Below the pieces are notes generated by a model that made no database searches, was not told where the DNA came from, and worked only from the letters and a program-made list of their open reading frames with translations. A stretch of DNA of 64,000 nt, from contig CAWKDB010000010.1 of the NCBI GenBank assembly GCA_963848295.1, forward strand, positions 384,001-448,000, written 5' to 3'. This DNA is from an uncultured delta proteobacterium. Lineage in GTDB: Bacteria > Myxococcota_A > Polyangia > Haliangiales > Haliangiaceae. A program made the translations under genes and the position numbers. Of the stretch, positions 36,464-46,958 are shown one piece after another. The stretch's first letter is position 1. Each line of letters begins with the position of its first letter.

Positions 36464-39214
36464 TCAGGCTACCGCGATCGGCCGAGAACCGTCCCCGCGG
36501 CCGTGCGGCACGGAACTCTTCGCCACCGCTTCGGCGAACGGAAACACGACGCGCACGATCGTGCCGTCGCGGTCGGCCAGTTCGACCCTGCCGTTCAGTT
36601 GGTGAGCGAGCGTCCGCACGATCTGCAGTCCGAGCGTTTGCGCGGCTTCGAGGTCGAAATCCGGCGGCATCCCGACCCCATCGTCGCGGACGTCCAGCGC
36701 GAGCTCGCCACCTTCCTGCGCGAGCCTGACCCAGATGCGTCCGCGGCGCTGGCCGGGGAAGGCATGCTTGAACGAGTTCGTGACCAGCTCGTTCACGATC
36801 AAGCCGCACGGAATCGCGCGATCGATGTCGAGGCGAATGTTCGGCACGTCGACCGAGATCTCGATCGGACGGTCCGGTTCGCCGCCGTAGGCCTGGCTCA
36901 GCCGCTGCACGAGGTCCTGCACATATTCGAGCAGATCGATATGCGAGAGATCCTTCGAGCGGTACAGCAGCTGATGAACGAGCGCCATCGATTGAATACG
37001 GCCCTGGCTCTCCTCGAGCCTGTTGCGCGCTTCCACGCTCGCCACCGTCAAAGCCTGTAGGTTGAGCAGGCTCGAGATCACCTGGAGGTTGTTCTTCACG
37101 CGATGATGGATCTCGCGCAGCAAGACGTCCTTCTCGCGCAGGGCCGACCGGAGCTTGGCCTCGCCGAGCTTCTGGTCGCTGATGTCGCGCACGACCTTTG
37201 ACATGCCGATCACGTGGCCCTCGTGATCGACGATCGCAGAGGTCGTGACCGAGGCGTCGAACCCAGTGTTGTCGCGTCTCACGTACACGAATTCGTAGTG
37301 GTCGAGATGCTGACCGGCGCGCACCGACGCCAGCACTTGCTCCAGCTCCCCGGTGCGGTCTTCAGAAACGAGCAACCTCGCGGGCTTCCCGATCACCTCG
37401 GCAGCCGCGTAGCCGAAGATCTTCTCCGCGGCTCGGTTCCAGCTCTCGATCGTGCCGTCGATCGACAACCCGATGATCGCGTCCTCCGACGATTTCACGA
37501 GCTCGCCGAGCCGGTGCGAGGCCTCTTCCGCGCGCTTGCGCTCGGTTACGTCCTGCGAGTAGCCAGTCACGCGCAACACGCGACCCGTCTCGTCGGCACA
37601 GACCCTGCCCTGCGAGTAGAGGGTCCGGATCGTCAGATTGGGGCGCACGATGCGCATCTCGAAAGCGAACGGCAGGCGATCCACGCGGGAGCGTTGGATG
37701 ATCAACGCGACGCGCGCGCGATCATCGGGATGGATGCACGTGACAAAGCCATCGTGGGGAACGAAGGTCGCAGGATCCTGTCCGTAGATCCGGTACATCT
37801 CTTCGGACCACTCGAGCCGATCGCGACCGAGGTCGCGCTCGAAGCTGCCGAGGTTCGCGAGCGCCTGCGAGTCGCGAAGCAACTCGCCCTTGTGCTCCAA
37901 CTCTTGATTCGCCGCCACCAGCGCGATCGTCCGCTCGCGCACCTTCTGCTCGAGCAGTGCGTGAGATTCCTGCAGCGCGCGCTCGGCGGTGAGCTCGGCG
38001 GTGATGTCGCGCACGAATCCCGTGAACAAGCGCTGACCCTTGATCGGAACGACCATCGCCGTAACTTCTGCCGGAAACTCGCTGCCGTTCGCGCGCTGCA
38101 ACGAAAGCCGTCGTCTCCCGATCAAATCGCTCGTCCCTGCGCATACGGCTTCGGTCAACGCGGCCCGAAACGGATCGCGTAGTGATCGAGGGATCAATAG
38201 CATCGCAACATCTTTGCCGACGGCCTCGCGCCCGGAAACGTCGAACAAGCCCTCGGCGGCCGGGTTGAATTCGACGATGCGGCCATCACCATCGATCGTG
38301 ACGATCGCGTCGAGCGCCCCGGTCAGGATCGCGCTCTTGCGTTGCAACGCCGTGAGGCGTTCGACTTGTAACGCCGAGAGCGCCAGCGTCATGACCGACG
38401 AGATCGAGACGAAGATCTGAAGGAAGTGCGGCAGGTGTACGAAAGGACCATAGCCGAACGTGGTCGCGAAGATCGCGAGGGCGCTGACCGTGAACGTCGT
38501 GGCGGACGCTCCGCGCGGCCCGAAACGGAGCCCGGCCCATAGCAGCAAGACCACCAGCACGTACGGCATCGGTGCGCCAGTCAGCCGCTCGGGGAGCGAG
38601 GGGGCGAACACGCAACTGCAAAGCACGAGCGTGGCGACACCGAACGCGACCACCTCGAGTGCAGACGCGCGGCGCGCGATGCCACCGTCCGGCGTTCGCG
38701 TACCCCATGCCAGCACGAGGGGGGTCACGACCAGGCTACCGGCGAGGTAGCCCCACCACCACGTCGACAACACCGACGTGAGTCGATTGGATGGAATCAA
38801 GCCCGTGGCTGCGAGCACGCAACTGTCCAAGGTCGCGGTGACGAGCGCGAGCACGACCGACAACCCGACGAGAGCGAGTACGTCTCGCACGCGATCGAGC
38901 GGCGTGCGAAAGGCAAATGCACGACGCAAGACCCACGCAGCACCCACCGCCTCTAACGCCTCGATCGTCCCGATGCCAATCCCAGCGAGCGCCGAGTGAT
39001 TGCTCGCCTCCATCGAGACGAACACGCCGAGCAGGATGCCGAGCGCCACCCGATCTCCGAGCAGCAAAACCGCAGCGAGCCCGATGCTGGTTGGCACCCA
39101 GATCAAGGACTCGAACCCGTTTACCAAATGGATCGCGAAGCTGAGCCCTGCCGTCGCGAAATACACGACGGCCACGATGGCGATCTCGGCGATATGTCGC
39201 GCGCGTTTCGACAT
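36464..39214 (-). CDS. MASE1-PAS sensor histidine kinase (HisKA_2 type)
   Basis: Multi-TM N-terminus (LRFGPRG), three PAS domains, EIHHRVKNNLQ, NELVTNSFKHAF, DDGVG. Confidence 0.95.
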   Translation of the reverse strand: MSKRARHIAEIAIVAVVYFATAGLSFAIHLVNGFESLIWVPTSIGLAAVLLLGDRVALGILLGVFVSMEASNHSALAGIGIGTIEALEAVGAAWVLRRAFAFRTPLDRVRDVLALVGLSVVLALVTATLDSCVLAATGLIPSNRLTSVLSTWWWGYLAGSLVVTPLVLAWGTRTPDGGIARRASALEVVAFGVATLVLCSCVFAPSLPERLTGAPMPYVLVVLLLWAGLRFGPRGASATTFTVSALAIFATTFGYGPFVHLPHFLQIFVSISSVMTLALSALQVERLTALQRKSAILTGALDAIVTIDGDGRIVEFNPAAEGLFDVSGREAVGKDVAMLLIPRSLRDPFRAALTEAVCAGTSDLIGRRRLSLQRANGSEFPAEVTAMVVPIKGQRLFTGFVRDITAELTAERALQESHALLEQKVRERTIALVAANQELEHKGELLRDSQALANLGSFERDLGRDRLEWSEEMYRIYGQDPATFVPHDGFVTCIHPDDRARVALIIQRSRVDRLPFAFEMRIVRPNLTIRTLYSQGRVCADETGRVLRVTGYSQDVTERKRAEEASHRLGELVKSSEDAIIGLSIDGTIESWNRAAEKIFGYAAAEVIGKPARLLVSEDRTGELEQVLASVRAGQHLDHYEFVYVRRDNTGFDASVTTSAIVDHEGHVIGMSKVVRDISDQKLGEAKLRSALREKDVLLREIHHRVKNNLQVISSLLNLQALTVASVEARNRLEESQGRIQSMALVHQLLYRSKDLSHIDLLEYVQDLVQRLSQAYGGEPDRPIEISVDVPNIRLDIDRAIPCGLIVNELVTNSFKHAFPGQRRGRIWVRLAQEGGELALDVRDDGVGMPPDFDLEAAQTLGLQIVRTLAHQLNGRVELADRDGTIVRVVFPFAEAVAKSSVPHGRGDGSRPIAVA

Positions 39215-39223
39215 GGCGTGCCG

Positions 39224-40945
39224 TCACGGCGGGCTCGGCAGCGAGAACGCAAACACGGTGCCGACGCCGGACGTGCTCTCCACGCAGAGCTTGCTGCCAT
39301 GCGACGCGATGATTCCATTGGCGATGAACAAGCCGAGCCCTGCTCCTCCGCGCCGGTTCTGCGCGCGCCAGAAACGCTCGAACAGGTGCGGGATCTGATC
39401 TGGCAGGATGCCGCAGCCGGTGTCGCGAACCTCGAATCGCACGGTCGTTGCTTGCAGCTCGGCGCTCACCCTGACGGTGCCATGCTCGGCTGTAAACTTG
39501 AGTGCGTTGCCGATCAGGTTCGACAGCACCTGTAGGATCCGCTCTCTATCGCAAATCACCCGAATGGTGTCATCGCGCATGTCAGCTGTGAGGTCGATCG
39601 ACGCCGCGTCGGCGTGCATTCGAAACATCTCGACGGCCTCGTCCACGAGCTGCGCCGCAGAACAAGCCCGAGGGTCGATCGCGAGCATGCCGCCGTTGGC
39701 ATTGACCGCAGACGCATCGAGCAAATCACCGATCAAGCTATTCATCCGCTTGGCCGAGTGCACGATCCAGTCGCCGGTCTCTCGTACCTCGGGATGCGCG
39801 AGCAGCGACCCCGCGCGCAACATGATCGCTCCGAGAGGAGAACGCAGATCATGCGACACGATCGCGAGTACGTCGTCTCGCATGCGGATCGCCTGCTCGG
39901 CCTTGCGATAGAGCAGCGCGTTGTCGAGCGCCATGCCGAGACGCTGCGCAAAATCCTCCGCGAAGGAGAGGTCGGCGGCGCCGTAGGGTGCGCGTGATCG
40001 TCCTGCGACCAGCACGAGCCCGCCGAGCCTTCGATCGCGTGCCACCAAGGGGACGCTCAGCAACGAACGCAAGTCGAGCGCGCGCAGCACGGCGCGGTGA
40101 TGGTCACAAAGCGAGTCGAGGAGCGTCTGGCCCACATGCTCGATCTCGATCACGAGCTTCGAATGCTCGAGCGCGTCGAACAGGCGCGTATCATGGCACG
40201 GGCAACTCGCACGGTTGTGGTCGCCAAGGTCCGGGTCGGGGTACGCATGCGTGAACGACTCGAGCTCGTCGCCGGTATCGGCAAGGTGGACGAGGGTCCA
40301 ATCGGCATAGCGTGGCACGAGTAGCTTTGCTGCTCCGCGCGCGACAGTGTGATAGTCCAGCGATGCCGCCATGCGCGCCGTGGCGTCGGCAAGGAACTGC
40401 TCGAGCTGCTGTCGCTCCGAGCGCAGCCTGTCGGCGGTGTGGTGGTGCAGCGCCATCGTGATCGCGGCCGTGAGCTCGCGCTCGCGGAACGGCTTGACGA
40501 CGTAACCATAAGGCTCCGTGACGCGCGCGCGCTCGAGCGTTCCGTCGTCGGCGTAGGCCGTCAAGAAGATGATCGGAACATCGCGCACCGCGCGGATCGA
40601 TCGCGCAGCCTCGATGCCGTCGACGTCGCCGTTCAGCTTGATGTCCATCAGGACGAGGTCGAAGAGGCCCGTCATCGCACGATGGACCGCTTCCTCGCCC
40701 GAGTACGCGACCACCGCGACATGGCCCATCCGCGCCAGCACCTGCAAGATGTTGAGCGCGACGAGGTGCTCGTCCTCGACGACAAGGATCCGATCGGTCG
40801 TCGGTGTCGCACAAACCACACCAGAGCGCGCGGGCAACAACGGATCGAGTAACGGGGATGGCGCGGCACCGTGGCTCAGATCTGCCGCGCCCAACCCGCA
40901 GCCGAGCTCGTCCCGGAATGTCGTGACGAATGATCTGGTCGTCAT
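39224..40945 (-). CDS. Hybrid receiver-GAF-histidine kinase
   Basis: ILVVEDE...DLVLMDI...KPF; GAF; VSHDLRSPL, NLIGNALKF, GAGLGL; start uncertain. Confidence 0.92.
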   Translation of the reverse strand: MTTRSFVTTFRDELGCGLGAADLSHGAAPSPLLDPLLPARSGVVCATPTTDRILVVEDEHLVALNILQVLARMGHVAVVAYSGEEAVHRAMTGLFDLVLMDIKLNGDVDGIEAARSIRAVRDVPIIFLTAYADDGTLERARVTEPYGYVVKPFRERELTAAITMALHHHTADRLRSERQQLEQFLADATARMAASLDYHTVARGAAKLLVPRYADWTLVHLADTGDELESFTHAYPDPDLGDHNRASCPCHDTRLFDALEHSKLVIEIEHVGQTLLDSLCDHHRAVLRALDLRSLLSVPLVARDRRLGGLVLVAGRSRAPYGAADLSFAEDFAQRLGMALDNALLYRKAEQAIRMRDDVLAIVSHDLRSPLGAIMLRAGSLLAHPEVRETGDWIVHSAKRMNSLIGDLLDASAVNANGGMLAIDPRACSAAQLVDEAVEMFRMHADAASIDLTADMRDDTIRVICDRERILQVLSNLIGNALKFTAEHGTVRVSAELQATTVRFEVRDTGCGILPDQIPHLFERFWRAQNRRGGAGLGLFIANGIIASHGSKLCVESTSGVGTVFAFSLPSPP

Positions 40946-41131
40946 GGATTTGTTTACTCCTCTGGCTTCGCACGACAACGCCTTTGGTTTCGAATGACAA
41001 CGCAGGCACTGCGGAAGCCGCCACTCGCGACATTCAGTCAATTCATCACACCGTATTGTTTCCGAACACCGATGTGAGCTCCTTGCGCAGGTGCAATTTC
41101 TTGGCCGCGACCCGCGTGTCAGAATGCCAAA

Positions 41132-41518
41132 TCATCGCGCGATCCCCTCGCTGGTACGCGCCCCGATAAGCGAGTCGACCGTACGGGCGAACACGTCGAT
41201 ATCGAACGGCTTTCGCAACATGCGCACGCGTCGACCGAGCCCTGCAACCTGCGCGGCGATCGCGTCGTCGCGCAGTGCGGTGATCACAAGAATCGGCGTG
41301 GCTAGCCCGGCATAACGAGCGGAATGACTTGCCTGTAGCCCGGTCATCCACGGCATCGAGACGTCGGTGATCACGAGATCGAAGTCCTCGTCGGCTAGCG
41401 CATCGATGAGCTCTGCGCCGTTGACCGCGGTTTCGACGTCATAGCCCCATTTCTCGAGCATCTCGACCAGCCCGAACAGCAGGTCCAGATCATCATCGGC
41501 AATGAGTATTCTGAGCAT
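41132..41518 (-). CDS. Single-domain response regulator
   Basis: ILIADDD, DLVITDVSMP, KPF. Confidence 0.92.
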   Translation of the reverse strand: MLRILIADDDLDLLFGLVEMLEKWGYDVETAVNGAELIDALADEDFDLVITDVSMPWMTGLQASHSARYAGLATPILVITALRDDAIAAQVAGLGRRVRMLRKPFDIDVFARTVDSLIGARTSEGIAR

Positions 41519-41659
41519 GTGCGGATCGAATGCAATACTCGCACCCTCCAGCTATTGATCGACGCTCCGAGCGTTCCGCGCACTCACTGCGTCGCGCGCC
41601 AAATTTGCGGCTCTCGACTCGGGCCGCGGCCCGAGGTGGGAGAGATGTCGTCGACATCT

Positions 41660-42772
41660 TCATAGCCGATAGTGGAACTGGAACAACGCATAGCCCGACG
41701 TTCGGCCACCCGAGCCGAGCGCGGTGGTCTGGATCCGATTCGTGAGCAGCAGTTCCCAGTGCGAGCTCGTGAACCAATGAAGATTCGCGTCGAACGCCTC
41801 GAGATCGACGTTCCTGACGTGGACATCCTCATCGTACTGGGAGAGTCCGATGTCGAGCATCCACGCGTCGTGGAAGAACCACGTTCCCATCAAGTAGCTC
41901 ACCAGCTGATCCCGCACGCCGCCTGCCGTGAATGTTTGATGGACCACTTGGCCCTCGAGCTGGAACAAGAGACTTGCAGGCTCGAGCCACAGCTTAGCGG
42001 TCAGTCCGCCGGCGGTTCGTGCGTCATCCGGGCTCTTCGCATAACGACCTTCAGCGCCCAACGAGAATATCTTGCTGAGCCGGGCTTCCGTATATAGCGC
42101 TGCGCCGTTGCCATGCTCGACGACGTCCTGCATCGGATCGTGGACGAATGCGGTGAAGTGAGCTTCCCACTTCGGATCGACATACTCGAATGCAGCCCCG
42201 TACGTCTCACCGTACAACGGCGTCTGGCCGTACTGGCGCGTGAAGTCGTTGTGCTCGGCGAAGCGCAACCCGAAGACGGGCATGAATCTGCCGACGCGAA
42301 TGTACAAGCCGCTCGAGCTGTCCGGGGCCTGTTGCCACATCAGGTAGTGCTCGCGCAGTTGCAAGTAGGTCAGCGGGCGGCTGCTGTTGCCTTCTTGCAC
42401 GCCGAGTGTGGCGTAGAACGAAAACGCGCCGTCGCGCGCGTCCGCCGCGCCCTCCGCCTGCATCGGAAACGCGCCGAGATGCGGCCCGAGGTCGTCGATC
42501 AGTCCGAGGCCGCCGCGGAAATCAGCACTGACCTCGAGCCAGGTCGGCCCGACCAACTTACCGTGTCCCGCCTCCGGCGCGCCGCCATATGTCGATCCCG
42601 TTTCGGCGACCGCGAGCCCGTTCTCGCCGAGCAGACCGCCTCCCGCGGGCGAGATATGACAACTCGAGCACGTCTGATCCTTGCTCAGCTGAAATTGCGG
42701 ATACGCGACCGCGATTGTCGGCGCTGCGACGATCCAGCAGAAGGCAATGACCGCCGCGAAACGCGCGGGCAT
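41660..42772 (-). CDS. Cytochrome c-porin fusion (N-terminal CxxCH plus beta-barrel)
   Basis: Signal peptide, YPQFQLSKDQTCSSCH, IRVGRFMPVFG, amphipathic strands, terminal FQFHYRL. Confidence 0.75.
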   Translation of the reverse strand: MPARFAAVIAFCWIVAAPTIAVAYPQFQLSKDQTCSSCHISPAGGGLLGENGLAVAETGSTYGGAPEAGHGKLVGPTWLEVSADFRGGLGLIDDLGPHLGAFPMQAEGAADARDGAFSFYATLGVQEGNSSRPLTYLQLREHYLMWQQAPDSSSGLYIRVGRFMPVFGLRFAEHNDFTRQYGQTPLYGETYGAAFEYVDPKWEAHFTAFVHDPMQDVVEHGNGAALYTEARLSKIFSLGAEGRYAKSPDDARTAGGLTAKLWLEPASLLFQLEGQVVHQTFTAGGVRDQLVSYLMGTWFFHDAWMLDIGLSQYDEDVHVRNVDLEAFDANLHWFTSSHWELLLTNRIQTTALGSGGRTSGYALFQFHYRL

Positions 42773-43149
42773 TACTCTAGACCTTCGGCGCCGGCTGCGA
42801 TCCAGTTCGTGATCAGATCGATATCGGCCTGAGGCAGCGGCGCGTCGGGCGGCATGATGCGCGCCGAGTCGGTCAGGACGGTCACGAGCTCCGAGCTCCC
42901 GGCCAAGCCTGGCGTGACCAGCGGCTGACCGCGTTGCTGAGTCTTCAGCGAGGCGATCGCAGCATCGATCGTGTCGAACGCGAGATTGTGCGCACGCGTC
43001 TCCGATGAATGACACGCTGCCCGACCGCAGCTCGGGACGAGGATGGCCTCGATAATGTAGTCCGCGGTTTCCGGTCTTGTATCCGGCCCGCTCGCGCACG
43101 CAGCGATCGCACCGATCGCGCCTACGGCAAGTACGTCTCGGAGGTTCAC
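42772..43149 (-). CDS. Monohaem cytochrome c lipoprotein (planctomycete cytochrome c-like)
   Basis: Lipobox IAAC; CGRAACH; distal MPP; WIAAGA. Confidence 0.8.
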   Translation of the reverse strand: MNLRDVLAVGAIGAIAACASGPDTRPETADYIIEAILVPSCGRAACHSSETRAHNLAFDTIDAAIASLKTQQRGQPLVTPGLAGSSELVTVLTDSARIMPPDAPLPQADIDLITNWIAAGAEGLE

Positions 43150-43320
43150 GCCGGCGACTCTAGCTGCTCGCCGAAACAACCCTCGACAGGATCTCGCGCA
43201 CGGATGATTAGCAATTCGTAAACGATCCGGAGTTCGCCACGTCTAGGCCGGCCGTGCGCAACATGCGCAACGCTGGCTTCCGTTCCATCACGTCCGCTAT
43301 TCGATCGATCGTCGCGGAGG

Positions 43321-43863
43321 CTACAGGTGCGCGATGCCCTGAGCTCCCCCGTGGCACGCGGCGGAGTTGCAATCGCCCGTCGCCGCCGTCGAGACCATGA
43401 ACTTCGTGCTTGGACAAAGGCTCGACTCGACTTGGATCGGAAACGCGGCCGGAAGATACGAAAAAATTTCCGTTCGTACTGACGATGATCTCTTGCTTGC
43501 CGCCGTTCGCGTCGGCGATCGTGACGGTCGCGTTGTTCGCCGGCGTAACGTTGTCTGCAAGGTTCAGTGTGCCGGCGATCGAGAAGCCGTGGTTGTGGCA
43601 ACTGCCCAGGCAGTCTTGGCCGGGATTGTGGTGACCATCGCCGTGCAGAATGTTGGCCGGCGCGCAGGTTGGCACAGCGTCGGTGATCATCGACGCGTCG
43701 CGCATCACGCCGTCGAGACTCGCATCGTGGGAGCCAAGCGCATCGCCGTGGTGCGTTTCGCTCGCGTCGGCTTCTTCGTAGACCGTCGGCTGCCGACATG
43801 ACACCACGATTACAGCACGATCACCGTAGCAATTCGCGCCGCTGCCGCGGCGACGCGGCTCAC
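43321..43863 (-). pseudogene. Dihaem cytochrome c lipoprotein with apparent frameshifts (~43812 and the A6 run at 43461-43466)
   Basis: HNPGQDCLGSCH and CNSAACH lie in different frames; paralogous to 53912..54427; may be an assembly error. Confidence 0.7.
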
Positions 43864-44657
43864 CATTGCCCGGCGATCGCGATCCCGTCGGTCGTCGGCG
43901 CGATCACTATCGAACGAGGAAGCGTGCCCAAGAGTCTTGGCACGAAATGGCCCGCGAGCGCACCGACCGCGGCACCTACAAGGACATCGCTCGCGAAGTG
44001 CTGGTCGGCGGCGATCCTCAGGTACCCGGTCGTCGCAGCTAGGGTCAGGCCGATCGCCCAGATCGCCGGCTCGTAGCGCGAGTGGCGGCGGTGCGCGACC
44101 TCCCCCGCGCTCACGGCGAGTGCGAAGCCAAGCGTGGTGTGGCCGGAGAAGAACGAGAGATGACTATCGACCGTCGGGTTGATCGGGGACGTCGCAAGAG
44201 CTGCATACGGACGTTCGCGAGCTGCGGTCAGCTTCACGGCCTGATCGAGCAGCGCGCTGTAGGTCGCCGCTTCGAGGATAGGAAGCTCGTCATCGATCAC
44301 GCGTGCCCAATGCAGGTCATCGTCGCTGTACGCCGACAGGAGCGTGAGCCCGACGGCAGCCAATGGCGCGGCGACATAGCCGCTCGCGGTACTCAGCTCG
44401 GCGGCCCGCGTCGGCGAGCTCCAGACGAGGTGCTCGCGGACATCCTCGTCGAAGTCCGGCACGGCGCACCATCGACACGCGGTCGGCCCCGTCGAGCTCT
44501 CGAGCGCGACCGAGCCCGCGTAGATCGCGGCGCCGGTCACCACTGCGATCAGATGATGAATGCGTCGGCGACCCTCGGGACCATCGGTCCAACTGTCGGC
44601 GTGCACTGCGTGCGGCGAGATCAGCAAGAGAGCAAACGCGAGGACCAGACTGCGCAC
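43860..44657 (-). CDS. PAP2-family phosphatase
   Basis: KLTAARERP, SFFSGH, RIAADQHFASDV. Confidence 0.92.
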   Translation of the reverse strand: MRSLVLAFALLLISPHAVHADSWTDGPEGRRRIHHLIAVVTGAAIYAGSVALESSTGPTACRWCAVPDFDEDVREHLVWSSPTRAAELSTASGYVAAPLAAVGLTLLSAYSDDDLHWARVIDDELPILEAATYSALLDQAVKLTAARERPYAALATSPINPTVDSHLSFFSGHTTLGFALAVSAGEVAHRRHSRYEPAIWAIGLTLAATTGYLRIAADQHFASDVLVGAAVGALAGHFVPRLLGTLPRSIVIAPTTDGIAIAGQW

Positions 44658-44911
44658 GCTTCACCGTAGGCCCATTCGTCGAGAGGTCGGGTTAAGCGCC
44701 GATAAAGCAGCGAGTTTGCCGAGCTCGCGCCGTGCGCGCGAACATCAAGGAGTCGCGTCTCGCCAGTACTTCGTGCCGCGTTCTGCCGCGTTGCGGTCAG
44801 CTTGTTAGTTACGCGTGTTATGTGCCCGAACATAAATTCGCCGACGGTGTACTGAACTTGCGCAGTCGGATTTCGTTTTTGCAACGGCGACGTTCACGCT
44901 ACGGTGCTCGT

Positions 44912-45148
44912 GTGTTTTGCAAATCTACGCGGCGCGGTCTCGGTCGCTGGTTGATCGCGCTCTGTCTTACCGTCGGCTGCAGTCATGTTCGACCAACACA
45001 GCGCGCTCGGCTCGCGAGCCCCGCGATGCAGTTCGAGATGGACCCTGTTGCCGACGGGCAGCGCGCCGGCATCCTCGAAATCACCGAGGGCGCGACGTTC
45101 CCAACCGCGGGACCTGGCGCCGCTGGCGCGGGTTGCGGCTGCAATTGA
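44912..45148 (+). CDS. DUF4266-like lipoprotein
   Basis: VGC lipobox, VRPTQRARLA..M, terminal GCGCN. Confidence 0.8.
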   Translation: MFCKSTRRGLGRWLIALCLTVGCSHVRPTQRARLASPAMQFEMDPVADGQRAGILEITEGATFPTAGPGAAGAGCGCN

Positions 45149-46554
45149 AACTCGCGATCGCGATCGCGGTCGGCGCGGTGATCGTTCACGCGCCACATAT
45201 GGCAGACGCCGATCCACCACCCGACGCGTCGACCGCCGATCCCGCTTCACCGCCGCTCGCGCCACCGGGGGCCACCGCGCCGTCGACGCCCGCACCGTCG
45301 GCCGCCGCAGCGACGACCGCGCCGAGTGCGACGAGCGGACCACCCGGCGACGACGCGACGACGGTAACCCCCGAGGAGATCGAGCACGGGCTCGACGGCC
45401 AACCACGGACACCCGCGTCCGATGCCAGCACCCCGACGACCGGCACGATCCGCGTTGGCGGGTATCACGACAGCGATCAGACGACCGTCTACCGTGCGCT
45501 CGGCGCGCTCGCGCATGATTTCGGTCGATGGTCGTTGAACAGCAGCTTCGGCGTCGACGCGGTCACGAGCGCGTCTGTCGACGTGCGGTCGTCGCCGGCG
45601 CTCAGCAAAGTCGATGTCGTGACGAGCGCGTCGGGGCGCAGCTCGAGCTCTGGCGGACAGATGACCGACACGCGGTATCAGCTGACCGGTGGAGCCGGAT
45701 GGAATGACAGCAAAGGCGCCACCGCAAGCTTCACCGGCGCGGTCGCGAAGGAGAACGACTACGCGAGCGTGAGCGGAGGGTTCAACGGATCCTACGACGT
45801 ACTCGATCGAACGCTGACGCTACTCGGCGGCTTCACGCTCACCGACAACTGGGTTTCGAGCGTGCTCGACCCCACGCTGCATCACAAGATGGTCGCGGCC
45901 GGGTGGTCGCTCGGCATGGCGCGCGTGCTCACGCCCGACGACGCACTCCGCGTGCGCTACGACGGCAAGTTTGGCGACGGCTACCTCTCCTCGCCGTACC
46001 GCGACGTGCGGTTCGGCGATTGGACTGCGGTCCTCGGCATGCAGCAGATCACGTTCTCGAACACGCTCGGTAGTGCCGCCGGCTTGCCGGAGCACGAACC
46101 CGAGACGCGGCTCAGCCACGCGGTCGTATTCGAATGGGTGCATTCGCTCGCGACCGGCGTCGCGCTCCACCCCGAAGTCAGGCTGTCGCACGACAGTTGG
46201 AACTTGAATAGCCTCGGGGCAGGACTCGATCTGCGGCTAGCGAGACCGACCTGGCGTTTGCAAGCAGGCTATCGCTTCTACCTCCAGGGCCACGCCGACT
46301 TCTTCGAAGACAAGTACACGCTCGCGCCGAGCGCGTACACGTACTACACGTCCGACAAGGAGCTCGGCGACCAAGTCGGGCACATCGTGCGTTTCGACTT
46401 TGCTCACGTCGTGATGGACGCGGACGGCCCGAATGACAACCGGCTGCTGTTCACGTTTCAGCTCGACCTGATGCACTACAGCTACCCGGGCTTTCTGCTG
46501 CTGTCGTCGCGCGACAGCGTGTTCGGCTCGATCGGGCTCAGCTGGGAGCCATAG
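45145..46554 (+). CDS. DUF3570-like outer-membrane beta-barrel protein
   Basis: YHDSDQTTV, VDAVTSASVD, ENDYAS, GYLSSPYR, YRFYLQ..ADFF, SDKEL; follows DUF4266. Confidence 0.8.
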   Translation: MKLAIAIAVGAVIVHAPHMADADPPPDASTADPASPPLAPPGATAPSTPAPSAAAATTAPSATSGPPGDDATTVTPEEIEHGLDGQPRTPASDASTPTTGTIRVGGYHDSDQTTVYRALGALAHDFGRWSLNSSFGVDAVTSASVDVRSSPALSKVDVVTSASGRSSSSGGQMTDTRYQLTGGAGWNDSKGATASFTGAVAKENDYASVSGGFNGSYDVLDRTLTLLGGFTLTDNWVSSVLDPTLHHKMVAAGWSLGMARVLTPDDALRVRYDGKFGDGYLSSPYRDVRFGDWTAVLGMQQITFSNTLGSAAGLPEHEPETRLSHAVVFEWVHSLATGVALHPEVRLSHDSWNLNSLGAGLDLRLARPTWRLQAGYRFYLQGHADFFEDKYTLAPSAYTYYTSDKELGDQVGHIVRFDFAHVVMDADGPNDNRLLFTFQLDLMHYSYPGFLLLSSRDSVFGSIGLSWEP

Positions 46555-46958
46555 GCTCCAGACGCCTGCGCACTTCGCCGTCGGGCCCTCTCTTCGCGCC
46601 CATCGGCGCCCCGATCGTGAACTGCGTGCCACATCGGTGCGCAAATCACGGCCAGCGGTGTCGGGTCGCTTCCTGCTCTCGACACGCTCCGATCTCGGAT
46701 TGTCGTCGAGGACCGTATGCCCCACGACTCGCGCCTGCGCGCTGCGCCCAACGAGTTGCGGCTGCAACATCATCAAGCTTTGACTGAAATCGAAACCGAA
46801 TATCATGTCTGGATCGCGTGAGCCGTGCCGGCTCGATCAGAGTCAACCGAGTCAACCACCCACCGCGATCACCGCTTGGAGCAAGCCTCAACTGGCGCGA
46901 GCAATGCAAATCGAACTGCGCGGGTGACGAACGCACGGTTCGCCCCCCAAGGAGCCGC

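Noticed and set aside
46780..46796. FNR-like box TTGAC-TGAA-ATCGA
   Set aside because: Two mismatches to TTGAT-N4-ATCAA and a single occurrence; too weak
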